From the NCBI GenBank assembly GCA_036172245.1, contig JAYWIR010000029.1, positions 930,001 through 994,000 of the forward strand: a stretch of DNA of 64,000 bases, in the 5' to 3' direction. Origin of the DNA: Raillietiella orientalis (lineage: Eukaryota). The translations under genes were made by a program, and so were the position numbers. Positions 36,201 through 49,200 of this stretch are shown one piece after another. The notes beneath the pieces are model-generated. The model searched no databases, was not told where the DNA came from, and worked only from the letters and a program-made list of their open reading frames with translations. Positions within the stretch are counted from its first letter, which is position 1. Each line of letters starts with the position of its first letter.

Positions 36201-37652
36201 CATGCAAATATACATGGCAACCATCCAAAAAATGACCATGACGAGCTACTTCATGTGGATCTAACTTCTCAAGTTCTGCAGCTGTAAGTAAAAAATATAT
36301 CATTAAAGCTGGCATTTGGACAAATAACACACCCAATAAATCCGGAATTACTTCTGTCATGTTCAACTCATTAATTAATGTTTCTTGGATGGGTCCATGA
36401 CCTTCAGATTCACTTAGGATGGCACTCATGGCTGTAACATCTAAAGGAGCATTGTTTAGGAGAGAATTCCTGGGTGTGGAATTCTGATGGTGAACTTGAG
36501 CTTGCACTACATAGGGCTCCTCCTCCAACAGGTAGCCATTAGTTTCAGATTCCAGAATCCATTCGGGACGAAGACAGGAGATACCCCAACGACAAGCTGC
36601 CTTATATTTGTCTCCCACCGCCTCAGGAAGTAACAAATGCGTTGTTTCATGTTGCACCAATTGGCCACTATAGGTACCACCTAAAAGCAACATGTAACAA
36701 GTACTGAACAATTTCCACAGACCATTTTTCTCAATGATTTGCTGTAATCGCTGTTTAAATCGACGTCCCATTTGACTGGCTGTGATGACCAGTGATCGAA
36801 AAATAGGGAAAACATACTGGGCAAATTGAGGATCTGTTGCATGCACATTGCAACACTGACTTTTTTCCCACACAGCGTGCATCCACTCCAATGACATTAC
36901 AGGAACTTGCTGCTTTACTGCTACCTGTCATGGTCACAATTAAGGCACTGAATTTGTTTAAACCAACCTGATATTTCTGAGAAATAGGACTGGCTGCTAT
37001 TAAATGGGTGATATGTCCATGGAATGCATTCAAATAAGCACCAGACATCAGTGTTACCTTGTCCTGAATGTCACGCTACAAAACCACTTGAATTAATGAA
37101 TTAATCATATAATTTAACCTTGGTAGCAGCATCAAAACCAGTAGAAGTTATGATAAGCTGATTCATCGATACTGAATAAATAGGATACGGTGTATGCGGT
37201 ATAGGTATTTCTTTTTCTAAACATGCTAATATACAGCGTGGCCCTAAAACACTTCATTAAAGGTAATAACATTTGATAAATTCTATATACTTACACACAA
37301 CGATCCAAATTTCCATTCCGAGACATGCACAATTTGGAAACACGTCTAAATGCTTCTCCATCAAACGGATCAAAGACAAACACATCTTGACGAGATGGAA
37401 AATATGCTAAGCACTGCTGCTCAGTCATCCATTTAGGATTAAGGCCATGTTTTTCACAGAACTATTAATCCATGTACTAATAATGTTCATATGACTCACT
37501 TCAAAGGCAATTCGTAGATCATCACTTGTTTTCTCTTGCTGGACTTGCAAAGGAAGCACAAAATGAAGGCGTATTTTTCCTTTGGCTTGACAACTATTTG
37601 TGCTCAGCATCAAGGAATCTGCTGTAAAGTTTGCCTGACTTTCTGTCTCCAT
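33214..37652 (-). CDS. TopBP1: DNA topoisomerase II-binding protein 1 (TopBP1/Dpb11/Rad4/mus101), multi-BRCT scaffold, 1289 aa, 14 exons
   Basis: Exons 37652-37500, 37461-37295, 37251-37119, 37075-36968, 36924-36723, 36680-36333, 36281-36059, 36014-35782, 35736-35543, 35494-35325, 35282-34787, 34746-34095, 34046-33904 and 33861-33214 total 3870 nt in frame. Repeated BRCT motifs (THLI, THLL, THIL, THLV, THVV, each with a downstream W..C), ATR-activation-like ITWHDP, and C-terminal RNEKTLSCIAAGRWVL..Y....D.YEWG. Confidence 0.93.
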
Positions 37653-40247
37653 ACAAGATCAAGTGAGCTTACAGTTTTCACATCTAAGAAGAAACACAAA
37701 TGCTTAAATAAAAATTAAAACTGAGATATTTTAATTAATATATTATTCACTATAATACATTACATATAAACTTGGAAAATCATGAAATCATCGAGTTTCC
37801 TACAACACCTTTTAAATAAATCCATTTAACACCAGTACTGATTAATTACTCACCTTATTGCTCGCATGAATTAACTTTTTGATGTATTCACGATTGTAAG
37901 GCGTAAAGAATTTAGCGTTAAACACATTTGCAACTTGATATGAATACAATCCTTTTACAGATTCAAACTGCCGAAAAGATAAGGCAAACTTGTAGATCAA
38001 CTCAAAATACACTCAGTACTCTTTATTTACTTTATTTTGTTAATAGACTATCTACGTATAGATGCACAAACACACAACGCTGCTACCTTAAAACGTCTCC
38101 TTAACACAAATTTGAATAGAGTTCATAATAAAAGTTCAGGAATACCAAGATACTATGAAAATTATATTGCGTAATTTTCTTAAACCATGTTCGATCGTTT
38201 AATGTCTATAAAAATTTAAACTCATATCACATTGTGAGAACAATACATTAGAAAACAATAAATGTACCATATGTTGAACAGACAAAAATCTTTTAACACT
38301 ACACTAACTAGTTAAAAGTCTTGATTATCGATTGATTCCATATTTGTTTAAATTCGTAATCTAAACTACTTCATTAAGTTTGGAATGATTGAAATTAAAA
38401 CGGAAAGCAATCTGATATCGTAATCTCTATTTTCTTCATTTCAGTAAAAGCATAATATGACACTTGAATGAATAGGGAACAGTTCCTTGCCAAAGTATGT
38501 GTGAGCGTACAAACACATCCCATTCATGGTGAGCGAAGTAAAACAAATGACATTAAAAGCAAGCAACTTTCATATAAAATATTAGGCAACAGAATTTCAA
38601 GGAGCACATACAGATGAAAATTACTGAGTTTTAAGTAAACATTTACAATGGAAGACTTTAGTGATAGCTGCATGAAAATTCTCACTCTGTGTTGCGATAA
38701 ATGAATCGCTGAACTTATTCTGAGTTCATAGCGTGAGACCTAGATTTTATATCGTTTAGAAAATCATACCATTAACAGTAAGGAATCGAAATTCCTACGA
38801 AATAATAAAATGATTATTACACAGAGGATCTCCTGCATATGAAGCCATTTATATACAACTGAACCAGTTCGAGCTTATGGCTCGTATCACAGGTGTGTGG
38901 ATTTTTTTTGATATATTTATATATTGTATTTCATAACAAATGAAAAGTCAACATAGGTGGCATCGCAAAATTGGAAAACTGCAATATGGAAATACAGACA
39001 CAGATGCAGAGGAGCATAATTATGGATTTATTCTTCATTTATTCTTCTTGTTCCCTTGGTCGATTAGTATACTGTCACATCTCTACGAACAATTGCCCTT
39101 TATTTGTAGTAAAGGATGAATATTTTTTTTTTTTTTTTACGTATTCTTCATCCGCTTTTCTAAAACAAAGCTGTCTAAAAGGCTGTTTCTGTGAATGGAG
39201 AAAGTATTTATTAGAATAGTTATAAGGATGGAAACTAATTATTATTGTGAATTACTCCTATGCATAAATCTACTAAGTACTGTGGTACTAAGCTTCTGAG
39301 TACTTTGGTTGCTAATATACGGTAAATACCCTTCTCACTACAAAAGATTAGTTTTTAGCTTCCCTTTAATATTGTGATTGCTCCATTTTTTCTGCAAACC
39401 GAATGATGTCCACATACTGTGCATCATGTAGTTTTTTCTTCCGTATTTTTTCACGCTCAATGTTGGGCTGTACTATGGATGTTAATTTTAACTTTCTTAT
39501 TTACGAAATATTGTTTGGTAATGTTGCCTGTTTATGTCAAGCGGGAACAGCAATGGTAAAACTAGGTGTATTGTTATATTTATGTACACCTAATTTCTGT
39601 TTATAAATTCTTAATTTTTTCACTTCATATATGAGCATATGAGGAACTCTGTGTTTTTTTTAGAATCGGTGCATCTTGATGGATTGCATGGTTACGTTGT
39701 TTATGCTGATCCTTCTGAGAGCTTAGGTATGATAACATCTAAGTGGAACATGCAATCCTTTTCACTTCCTAGCACGTGAAGTTTAGATACACTTATTTTC
39801 TGAGTATGCTGTTTATCTCGCATAACAGAACTTCATAAAAATGCGGCATTGGAAATACACCAAGTACAATAGAAATCCAATACCATTTTATCTTGTGTTT
39901 ATAGCCAAATTTCATGATAGATAACCACTATGCCATGTTTTTCGCTGAAGTTTGTTTTTACTTTCTGAAAGCTCCCCAAGTTATACTGTAGTTTATTCTG
40001 TGCTATTCGTAATCGATGTTTCCACGAGCTAATCTTAATCCAGATGTGGCTCCAAGTACTACATGCATTGATAAGATTCAAACAAAACAGAAGAAAGATG
40101 CAAATCGAAACAACAATAACACAGTACTTATATTTATCTGTAACTCTATTTTTTTGATATTCTACTGCATCGCATGACGATTTCTTGACAGTCTTCAAAA
40201 TCGCTTCTCACAGAAATAACAATCAAGTAACAAGTCATAAGAAATCC

Positions 40248-43200
40248 CTAGTATGAAGAGGACCACCTCAGTGGAAGAATAATCGACCAATACAAGATAT
40301 TAAATATAAGAAAGCCTAGAGGAAAGAATATACGGCTCTTCTGATCTATCCATTTGGAGATTTGCTGTGGTGTCATGGTTGTGAATTGATTGGCAACTGA
40401 AAAAGAATTTCGGTTCTCATGAAGGGATTCAGCTTTCATGGGGACGTTGATCTCGATGGAGTGGCAGCCGTTGTCTGGGTTTACGAAAAGACTGTTTACG
40501 CTCGTAACTGATTCATAACAGTCCTTGCGTACATTGGGATTCGAGAAGTCGCCGTGATCCTGTACGTCAGAGTGTTCCTTTGACTTCCACTGAAAGTAAT
40601 GTATGCAAGCAAACTAGAAAGCGTACTTACCAAGGACGTAAGTCTGCGTATATCGGATGTACTGCGACACCTCTTCCCTTCTAACGACGTGAAACTTTGA
40701 ATAGGGGAGCTATCTCCGGATATGATATGAGGGAATGACATATCTCGCCTACTGGAACGTGGTGTAACACTTGATTTGAGGATGTACTTGGCATTAGGTT
40801 TTTTGAGAATAACTTCTTTCCTAAATAAGTTTGATAATCCATTTTTACTATTCTGTCGTTCATTAAGATCATTATCACAGAAACATCATCGCAACCTATA
40901 CGGTCTCCCAGTCTCGATGGTCATTCATTTTCTCATATTAAGAAATTGTTTCTCATATATTATTGTTTTAGTTTCTGATAATAAGGTGACTGAAATATGG
41001 CAAGATCAAGTGGTGATAAAGAAAACAGAGCCGAAAGCATGGATAATTTTAAGACTTTTGATTTATGCTACTCCAATACTGACCAATTATGATTCACATG
41101 GTCTTCTAATAAGTGGCATGATTTGCTGTTGGATTTTGGATAGGTGGACAGAATAAGTAGAAAAAACTCATCCGTAATAGCATCCGAACAAAAATTTGAA
41201 CATCTTCAGCAACATTTTTCAACTAAGGGAATTTTTTTCTTGAATTTTAGGAATTCTTTGGATTCGATGAGCAATAAATGTGTAATTGTACAAAATTTAT
41301 GTATATATATGTGTGTGCACTTTGTTAGCGAGCTCGCGCATGTGTTTGTCTGTAGACTTATGAGTGCACATATAAACATATAAGGTGTATGAGGGCGTGA
41401 GCGTATTGTGAATTGCCAAATGTATCATAACATTAACCCCCCAGAAATTCCTGAAGCGGATTTCTTTGTTCAATGCAATTTCTCATATCATCTCATGCTC
41501 GGGTAGTTAAGAGTACGATGCTTTTGGCTCTGTTACGGGGAAGTACTGCTCCAGTGGCAACTATTTATGCAGCCGCAGGAAGATGCTGCAAGTGAAGGTT
41601 TTCACTCCTATTCTTCCTTTCTGAGAACTGGTGAAAGCTTGCCGTCCTTCCAAAGATACCAACGAAAGACGTCAGTATTCAGACATCCCAAGAGCTATTG
41701 ATCAACAAAGACGAGACTGCTCTCCCATAATAGGTTTTGTGTGTATGGAAAGATAAGCCTCAAAGCATCACTTGAAGAACCCTCAAAATTGCAAGTGACA
41801 AAGATGGCCTAAACGTTGTTCTTCAAACGGAGAAAAGAGGCTCAAGAGATCGAGGAAAACGCGAAATTCCTGTTCCTGCAACACTTCAAGCCTCGAACCA
41901 GTGCTTGGAAAGACTCAACATCTCCTTCTCCGCTTAGATACGAGGACTCAAGGAAGTAGGCAGTTGACTTTTTTCAAAGCCTCATACCCCTGTGAGCTTG
42001 CCCAAAAGGTATAAACAGGAAAGCAAAGGATTTTGTCAGAAGGTTGGATGATGAAAATTAGCGGCTCCAAAGGAGTCAGATTGTCACTTTACTTTTCACA
42101 AAACTATGGGCTTCTCCCTGTTTTCATTCTTGTTGTTGTTGTTGCTATTATTATTCTCCATGTACATTTCACGTGCTGAGCCATAAGAATATGCCAAAGG
42201 GATGGGACAATCCTGCAGATTGCCTCTCCAATGAATTATATTTATGAGCTCTGGACTCCAAGCTAGAAACATTCCTATCATGCTGAGTATGTCATACAGA
42301 AGAGAGCAAGACCGCGGAAAAACGAGCCACAACTTTTTCTTTCTGTGATTGCATCTTTTTCTTTTTGTTTCTTTTTTTTGTGTGTGTTTTGAGGCATCCT
42401 GTCTCTTTGCACGTACCTTCTATGATAAATGATGTTTACGAATGCGAATTCCGCCAGGGATAGGAAAATGAAAGCAGTGCACACAAAAAACCAGATTTCT
42501 AAAGCCGTGATATACGACACTCTCGGGATCACATTGTCAGTATTCCTCGTTAGCGTGATAAACGTCAGTAGTGTGCTGGTTCCTGAAACGACACACATAA
42601 ATCCTCATTTTCAGGAGCGGATAGTACCAACATGAGCTGCTGGGGGGACAAAGTGTAGGTGGACGCTCCACGAGGAAAAGAGAGAGAGAAAGAGGAGGAG
42701 GAAAAGAAGAGAGTAGCGAAAAAAGGGAGCTAAGGGAGTTCTTCTTTTTTTTCAAATTTTTTTTTCTTTTCCTCGGGTTCATGGAGGGCAGAAGAGGACT
42801 CCAAGGCAGCAGAAGAACGTCACCGAGGAAAGGTGGAAAGGCGATATCCTCCGGAGGTCTCTAGACAAGAAAGCAAAAAAAAAAAAAAAAATAGATTTCT
42901 TTTTCTTTTTTTATCTCTCCTCTGTATCATCAAAACCCCTCCGGACGTAGCAGAAATGCACTTCCTCCTTGCAGGAACGTGACTTTTTGTTCCCTTTCTG
43001 TCTGCTTCCAAATCCGAAACAGCAAGAAACATTAAGAACAAGGAAGTTCCTCTAGGTATTTTGTGATGCGCTGTCGCGTGGGGCCTTCATCTTCACGCCG
43101 CAGGCACATTGTTTTGCTTCTGTCATAGCAATTGCAAGAAGGGACTCGCCCAGGGATTAGCCTGCGATCAAATAAATGGCTCTCAGAAATGAAAGTTCAC

Positions 43201-46200
43201 CGTACCCTACTAGAATGGTGCCCAACGTTAGTAAAGACATGCTAGCTCAAGCAGCAGAATTCACATTCATTTCTTTTTTATAATGCCGAAGAGGCATGAA
43301 ATCGAAACCTAGGAAACCTCAATATTCCTTTCCTGGGGCGCTTAGCATTCTCGATTCAGCTCTCAAATAAAAGTGCGGTTGAAGTTCGCGTCTATAGAAA
43401 AGAGCTCTTTCGTTCCAAAAAGCACCCTTCTGGATTCCCCACAATTATCCGTATGCAGTCTAGCAAAGTAGCTGATCAAAACCGGAAAGCAGATCTTCTA
43501 AAGGGGAAGGAACTCTCTAAGAGTAACTCAAAAAAATTAGTCCTTACAGACACCGAGGATCAGAGAAGTGCACACGATTATTTAGCTCCGTCTTTAGATG
43601 CTCTTGAGGACTCTTGGTTTGTTCTTTGGGGAATTTCCTTCTACCGGATTCATTCTGTAAACTTTGCTTTTATCTCCTGCCAAGCTGTAAAAGGGAACAA
43701 CCCACTAAGCGACCGTGGCTAGTCACGTAACTTTCTTCAGCTAGAAATTTCTCTCTTTCTTAATGGACTGATGTGTGAACTTCCCTATCCCTGATCGGCA
43801 GAGAACTTTAATTCTACACCTTTTAATTCGAGTTTCCTGTTGACCCTTGACATGGATCAATTAAAAGTGTTCCGCCACGAAGCCATCCAATTGGAAAAAG
43901 CACTTGAAGAACACGAGCCGTTCTTCTGCTTTCAGGAATGTAGACTGAGTGGCGGACGTCAGCCTGAATCTAACGCATCCCTTTCTCAGAGGGACCCTTA
44001 AAAGAGATGGAAATTTTGGAGGTGCTTCTGGAACTGTGGACATTTTCAGTAACATTCTGTTTTGGAATTGTACGTTACATGGTTTGCGGACAGGACGTAA
44101 CATCCCCTTTACATTATGCAATGCCTCACGGAACCTGACATCTACTACTCCTTCATACCTACTTATTTGAATAGCTTCTGGGTTTAAAGGTGGACGTGAC
44201 GGTTTTCTCCACAAAGTTCAGCGATCTGAAGAACAAACCGTGCGTCAATCTGAGGAAAGGTTTCCCTCCACATCACTTCACACACTCCCGTTCGTCCGTT
44301 TGAATATCTGGGAATTCTGTCCATGACCTCGAGCATTCGAAACAAGGATAATGAAGAAGTTCTTGCTGTCTACCTGCTCTAAGTTCTAAAATAAAAGGTT
44401 GAGGAGAGTTAGGTGCTGTTTCATAAGCTTCTGCCCCGCTTGCAGGTATTTATCGATGATTTCCGTCTCATTCCAGAAAGACTCCATATAATGGGGTAAG
44501 GATCTTCTGTATTTCTTAGAGCTATCTTGACACAATGCCAATTATGCGGAAACATGGCTTGGTCTCTTCAAAGTGTACAACAACCAATAGAAAGGAGCTG
44601 AAAGAACATAGATTTCGAAGAATACGTAGACTGCACTGGTCGTGATGCTGGAGATGGCGGTGATTGCAGAACTATGAGGACTTTATGTGCTTATGTTCTT
44701 GAAGCAATGAATATCAATTAATAACGAGCTTAACAACAACGGTGATGAAAAGAGCTATAGGAGATCAGACAGAGCTGCCTGAATAGATCTAGAAAATTTG
44801 AGCACAGCATTGTACAGAGGAGAAAAATCTTTTGAGTTTTTTACACAGAAAAAAAAAGAAAACGAATTGGCTGGTTCGTTTGTCCGTTCGTTTATTCACT
44901 CATTCATTCTTTCATTCACTCAGCTATTATAAACCGTTTGGTGCTGAAAATATTGATAAGAGTACTGCTGAAAGAGCACGAAGTGTTGAGAGTACAGTTG
45001 AGTGTTGAGGGCAATTGACTGCTGTGGAAGAATGTTGGTGGAATGATCTGACAGATACGGATACTTCAAAGGAGTCCAGAAGATTTACCGACAGATAATA
45101 GTAATCATTTCTGGTGAAAAAGTGAACCGGAATTGCATGTTTGTTTGAGTTTGGCCGTCGCTAAGCATAAGGTAGGAAGAGCAGTTGTAAAGGTGATAAC
45201 AAGGAGAGACAACCGTATTTCTTCACATCCCTCACCTTGGATTTCTGATCCCTGATTACCATGGGTACATGTGCATGCCCCTGTGTGCATTTTGATGTTA
45301 TCAACTGTTGCTTATCATGTATTTCATTATAGCTCACTTACCTAAGGCAACTCGAGCCGGGGAAGCGTTTGCGTCTAGCCAGAATGATACCCAGGACACA
45401 AAGACCAGCATGATGCTAGGCAAATAATAAACGATGACATAATGAGCCGATCTTCTGGCCAGAAGAAAGTAGACAGACAGGTAGCTGTTCTCGGTCGCTA
45501 CAACACGGAGAAGATTAAACAGCAGTTACACGGATGATGATGCGTGAAAATGGTTATCAGTGCCCCATTGCTACATCCCCTCCGCATCTACTAGGTCTAC
45601 AACGGAAACACCATCACAGTTTATCGCAAGGGGCAGGGCCCGCTTCTCGGATCACTTCTCACTTTCACCAGGTACTTAGGTAGGATGGTGGTCTGCGAAG
45701 TCTGTACCGCCCCCAAACGTTCGAACAGTTTCCTTCGTAACCGACGAAACGCATTCAGATACACCTTCGCCTTCGCAAGCAGTGAATGTTTTCTGCAGCT
45801 TTCTGCGTTTTCGTTCGTGAACATGCTGTTCGCGTACTCCTCTTAATACTTTGACAGAAGTTCGTGCCTCAGTCCTTCTATCTTCGTTAGATGTACTTAG
45901 AAAAGTCTTCGGAGGCCAAGCACATGTTAGGTTTTGCTTTTTCTCGTCATCGTTGTGTTTGTAACTTGAACATGCTGCAAGATCGCATGAGAGTTTCACT
46001 GGGATGATGTTGCTTAGAAATGCTCACATTAAAGATTTCGGTTTTCGCACTCTCACACGCTGAAGCTTGCCTCTTTAAGACTTAATATCTAACCATCGTT
46101 CGTCTACGATTCGCTCTTAGCTGTGCATCCACCAGCACAAATCAAACGGTGCTCACGCGAAATAACACGCACGATCACAACACGTGTCCGTGTTCACTAC

Positions 46201-49200
46201 GCAACATTCCAACTGTTGTTATGCATACTTAAGAAGTTTTTCTGTTCCCACTGTCTGGAGTCAACTTTTCTGAAGAATACTAAGCGTCTTTCTTCCAGAT
46301 ATGTGTTGATGATTTCAAAGTCGGGAATCTCGAAATTTGAGAGCATCTGCAGAGGAGTATCTTTTTCCCATTGGAGTTGAATATCGGAAGCATTATAGTT
46401 CCAAGTTCCAATCATTATGCTACAGTTCTGAAGATCGAAGGGAAACATGCTGACTTTGATGTTACAGTACAACTGCAGCTTGACACTGAAAATGGAAGCC
46501 TTAGAGAGGTCAAGAAGTTCTTCGAAAGAAATTTAGCTCTAGAGCTATATCGACAACTACAATAGCTCTCTACGTAGTTTCTTGGAAGCAATCAAGATTA
46601 AATCTCATATTACATTACACAAAGATCGTGACTGCAGATGTCGAAAACAAAGAGCTGAAAGCTACGTTCTCTGAGATGCTATAGGAGCTGCATAAAGCAT
46701 TTCCTTCGTTAGAAAACTCTTTGGAGGTATCGAGAAGTTTGCTACCATTGCAGATACTTTCCACGTTTGAAGTGCTAAGCATTTTATGGTTTCGAAGAAC
46801 GTTTTTCGATTAGGATGGAGCATCGTTTTGGAAGCGAAGGATGTGCAAAACATATGCTGGCGGTACCAGAATTCACCTTCTTCTTCCAGTATGAGAAAGA
46901 AGAAAACTCGAAAAGATCAAAAAGAGAGCGTTCACATACTGCAAATTGTCTCCTTGGTCTTGGAATGACATGTGTGTGAGCCACACGAAGAGAGGAAACC
47001 CTACGATGCTCAGGGCATTCGTTTCAACGGAACCAAACAACGGCTTCCAAAGTGATAGAATATGAAACAAGATGGGAGTGACAGAAGCATATCTGGAGGA
47101 GAGTTCGGAACAAACAGACACTGAGTAGTAGCACAGAACTGCGAGTCCTTCCCCGTGAATGAGACAGAAATTTGATAGCTGGAACACTGACCACAAGAGC
47201 TTCAGGAAAAAAAAGCATCACTTGCTTTAGAGATGTCCTATGAAACGAAATGCTACCACAGTGCACTGTGAATAGCCAACCATAAGAACGAAACTTCACA
47301 TGCTGAATACGCAAATCATGAAGAAATTAAAGATTTATGTCGGAAAGAAAGAAGCCACAAAGCAGGGAGGGAGGGGGGAATGTTAGAAGATTTTTGATCT
47401 ATTTTTGCCAAAAGTGGTACGAGTGTTCCTCATGGAGCCATAAGGTGTGTGTATTAAACTTTGAAGGTTTCACGGGTGAAGCATTGTGCCTTGAGAATCA
47501 AAGAGAGAAGAGATTCTCTTCGGGTGAGAAAACTTTCAATTTGAAGAAAGAATAGCATAGGAAACATCTGACTGATAGATTCGTACAACATCTGTGATCA
47601 CAATGCAGGTTATTGCTATGACTTATTCGTAGAAATTAGCACTTAGACCGTGAACTTGGAAGAGGAAAGTCAAAATTCTGACTACTAGCAGATCGATTGC
47701 AAGTTTAGAGAAAAACTTCTACGGATGCCAAAGAATTTACAGTCACGATTTGCGCCTAGATAGCAAATTTACTAGAACGAAGCGGTCAGCAGTAACAACA
47801 GAGGCAACTGGGGCTTACCGGTATCCGAACTGCACACATCCCTCCGGCAAAATATTGACAAAAACGTTTTCTCGCGTTACGTATGACAGCTGAGAGCTTT
47901 CTTCGTTAACGAAATAAACATTTGGCTCCCAGATTTTGTCTCTGTGGTAAGCCTCTCCCCGAATTAAGCGTATGTTTGGCTCTATGTGAGAATATTTCAA
48001 CCTATCATCTTTCCAACGATGCTGCATCAGAAGATAGATCTCGTATTCCTGAGAGAAAATCATCGGATAGCTCCAAAGGATTCTATCCAATAATGAAGTG
48101 ATTTTAGAAGGCATAACTCACTGTATTAAGAGAATCCAAGTGGCTGATGAGGTAGACGGAACATCTGTTATTCACGGTCAGGAGAACGCCTTCTGCAGGG
48201 CGTTCTCTCTTGTTGTATACCGTTGGATCCACCAGTTTTTCGAACAGATCGGAGGGAGTGGATGATCCCGACAAAGTCACAAATTTTCCTTCAGGATCTG
48301 ATTTTTCTTGGACGGTGTTTTCGAGCTGCGTTACTGTCTCACCTCTGAAACCAGGGGGAAAAAAGGAGTCCATGATAATAGGCAGTGCCCGCGTATGTGA
48401 GGGAGAAATGAAGGGCTCAAAAGAACTCTGAATGGCGATGACAAGTGGGTGTGACCGTTCTTAGTGTGGTCACCTCAGTGCTACTCTGAAATTCTATCGC
48501 GAGGCGCAGTGTATCTACATAAAATCCCACAGTATGCACGAGCATCAGGAACTACGAACCTCGCGAGATGGTGTGCACCTGAAATGGGTTTTCGACTGAA
48601 CATTCCTTAGAGTCTTAAAGACGAAAGGGAGAAATCTGGAAGAAAAGAGGAAGGGGAAGAACAAAATATAATAAGAATGTTGAGGGGAGAAGTGCGATTT
48701 CTCATTTCTTCGTTCTAGACACCCCTTCCTCGTAAGCCGACCACTAGAGAGCAACATTATGGTTTTGTCCTTCAGTTTCCCTGAGCAGCTACGGAATACT
48801 GATAAGGGACAGCAGAGAGTGATGATAAGGATTAAAAATTAAGGATTCAGGCAATGAAAATCAATATAACAATGAGAATCTCGGAATGATATCCTTGGTT
48901 GCTTTTGCAAAAGAAATTCATATTTTCCATGGCCGCGAGCGTCTTTTGAGGATGGAAAAGGAGGGTCGTGGTACTTTTTTAGAGGTACTTTACTGTTCTC
49001 CAAGGAATTTTGAGGTTTTGCTTCAGATCCTGAAGGAATCCTAGACGGAATTACGTCTCTTGATGGAGAAGATAAGAGGGATCCACGGGACATCTGCCAT
49101 GGAAAGAAGAGTTTAGCTTGGCCTTTCCACGGAAATCAGATTCGAGGTTTCGTGATCAAGAATGCTTCAGAGGAGGAGTAAGTCCAGCTGTCACGTCTAC

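Noticed and set aside
33862..37499. Non-canonical splice sites or an alternative genetic code to explain the fragmented TopBP1 ORFs
   Set aside because: All 13 introns resolve as standard GT-AG with a continuous frame.
46197..46228. Extension of the Cys-loop exon to SMHNNSWNVA
   Set aside because: The downstream GT is in the wrong phase for the next exon. The GTATGC donor after 46229 gives the correct frame.
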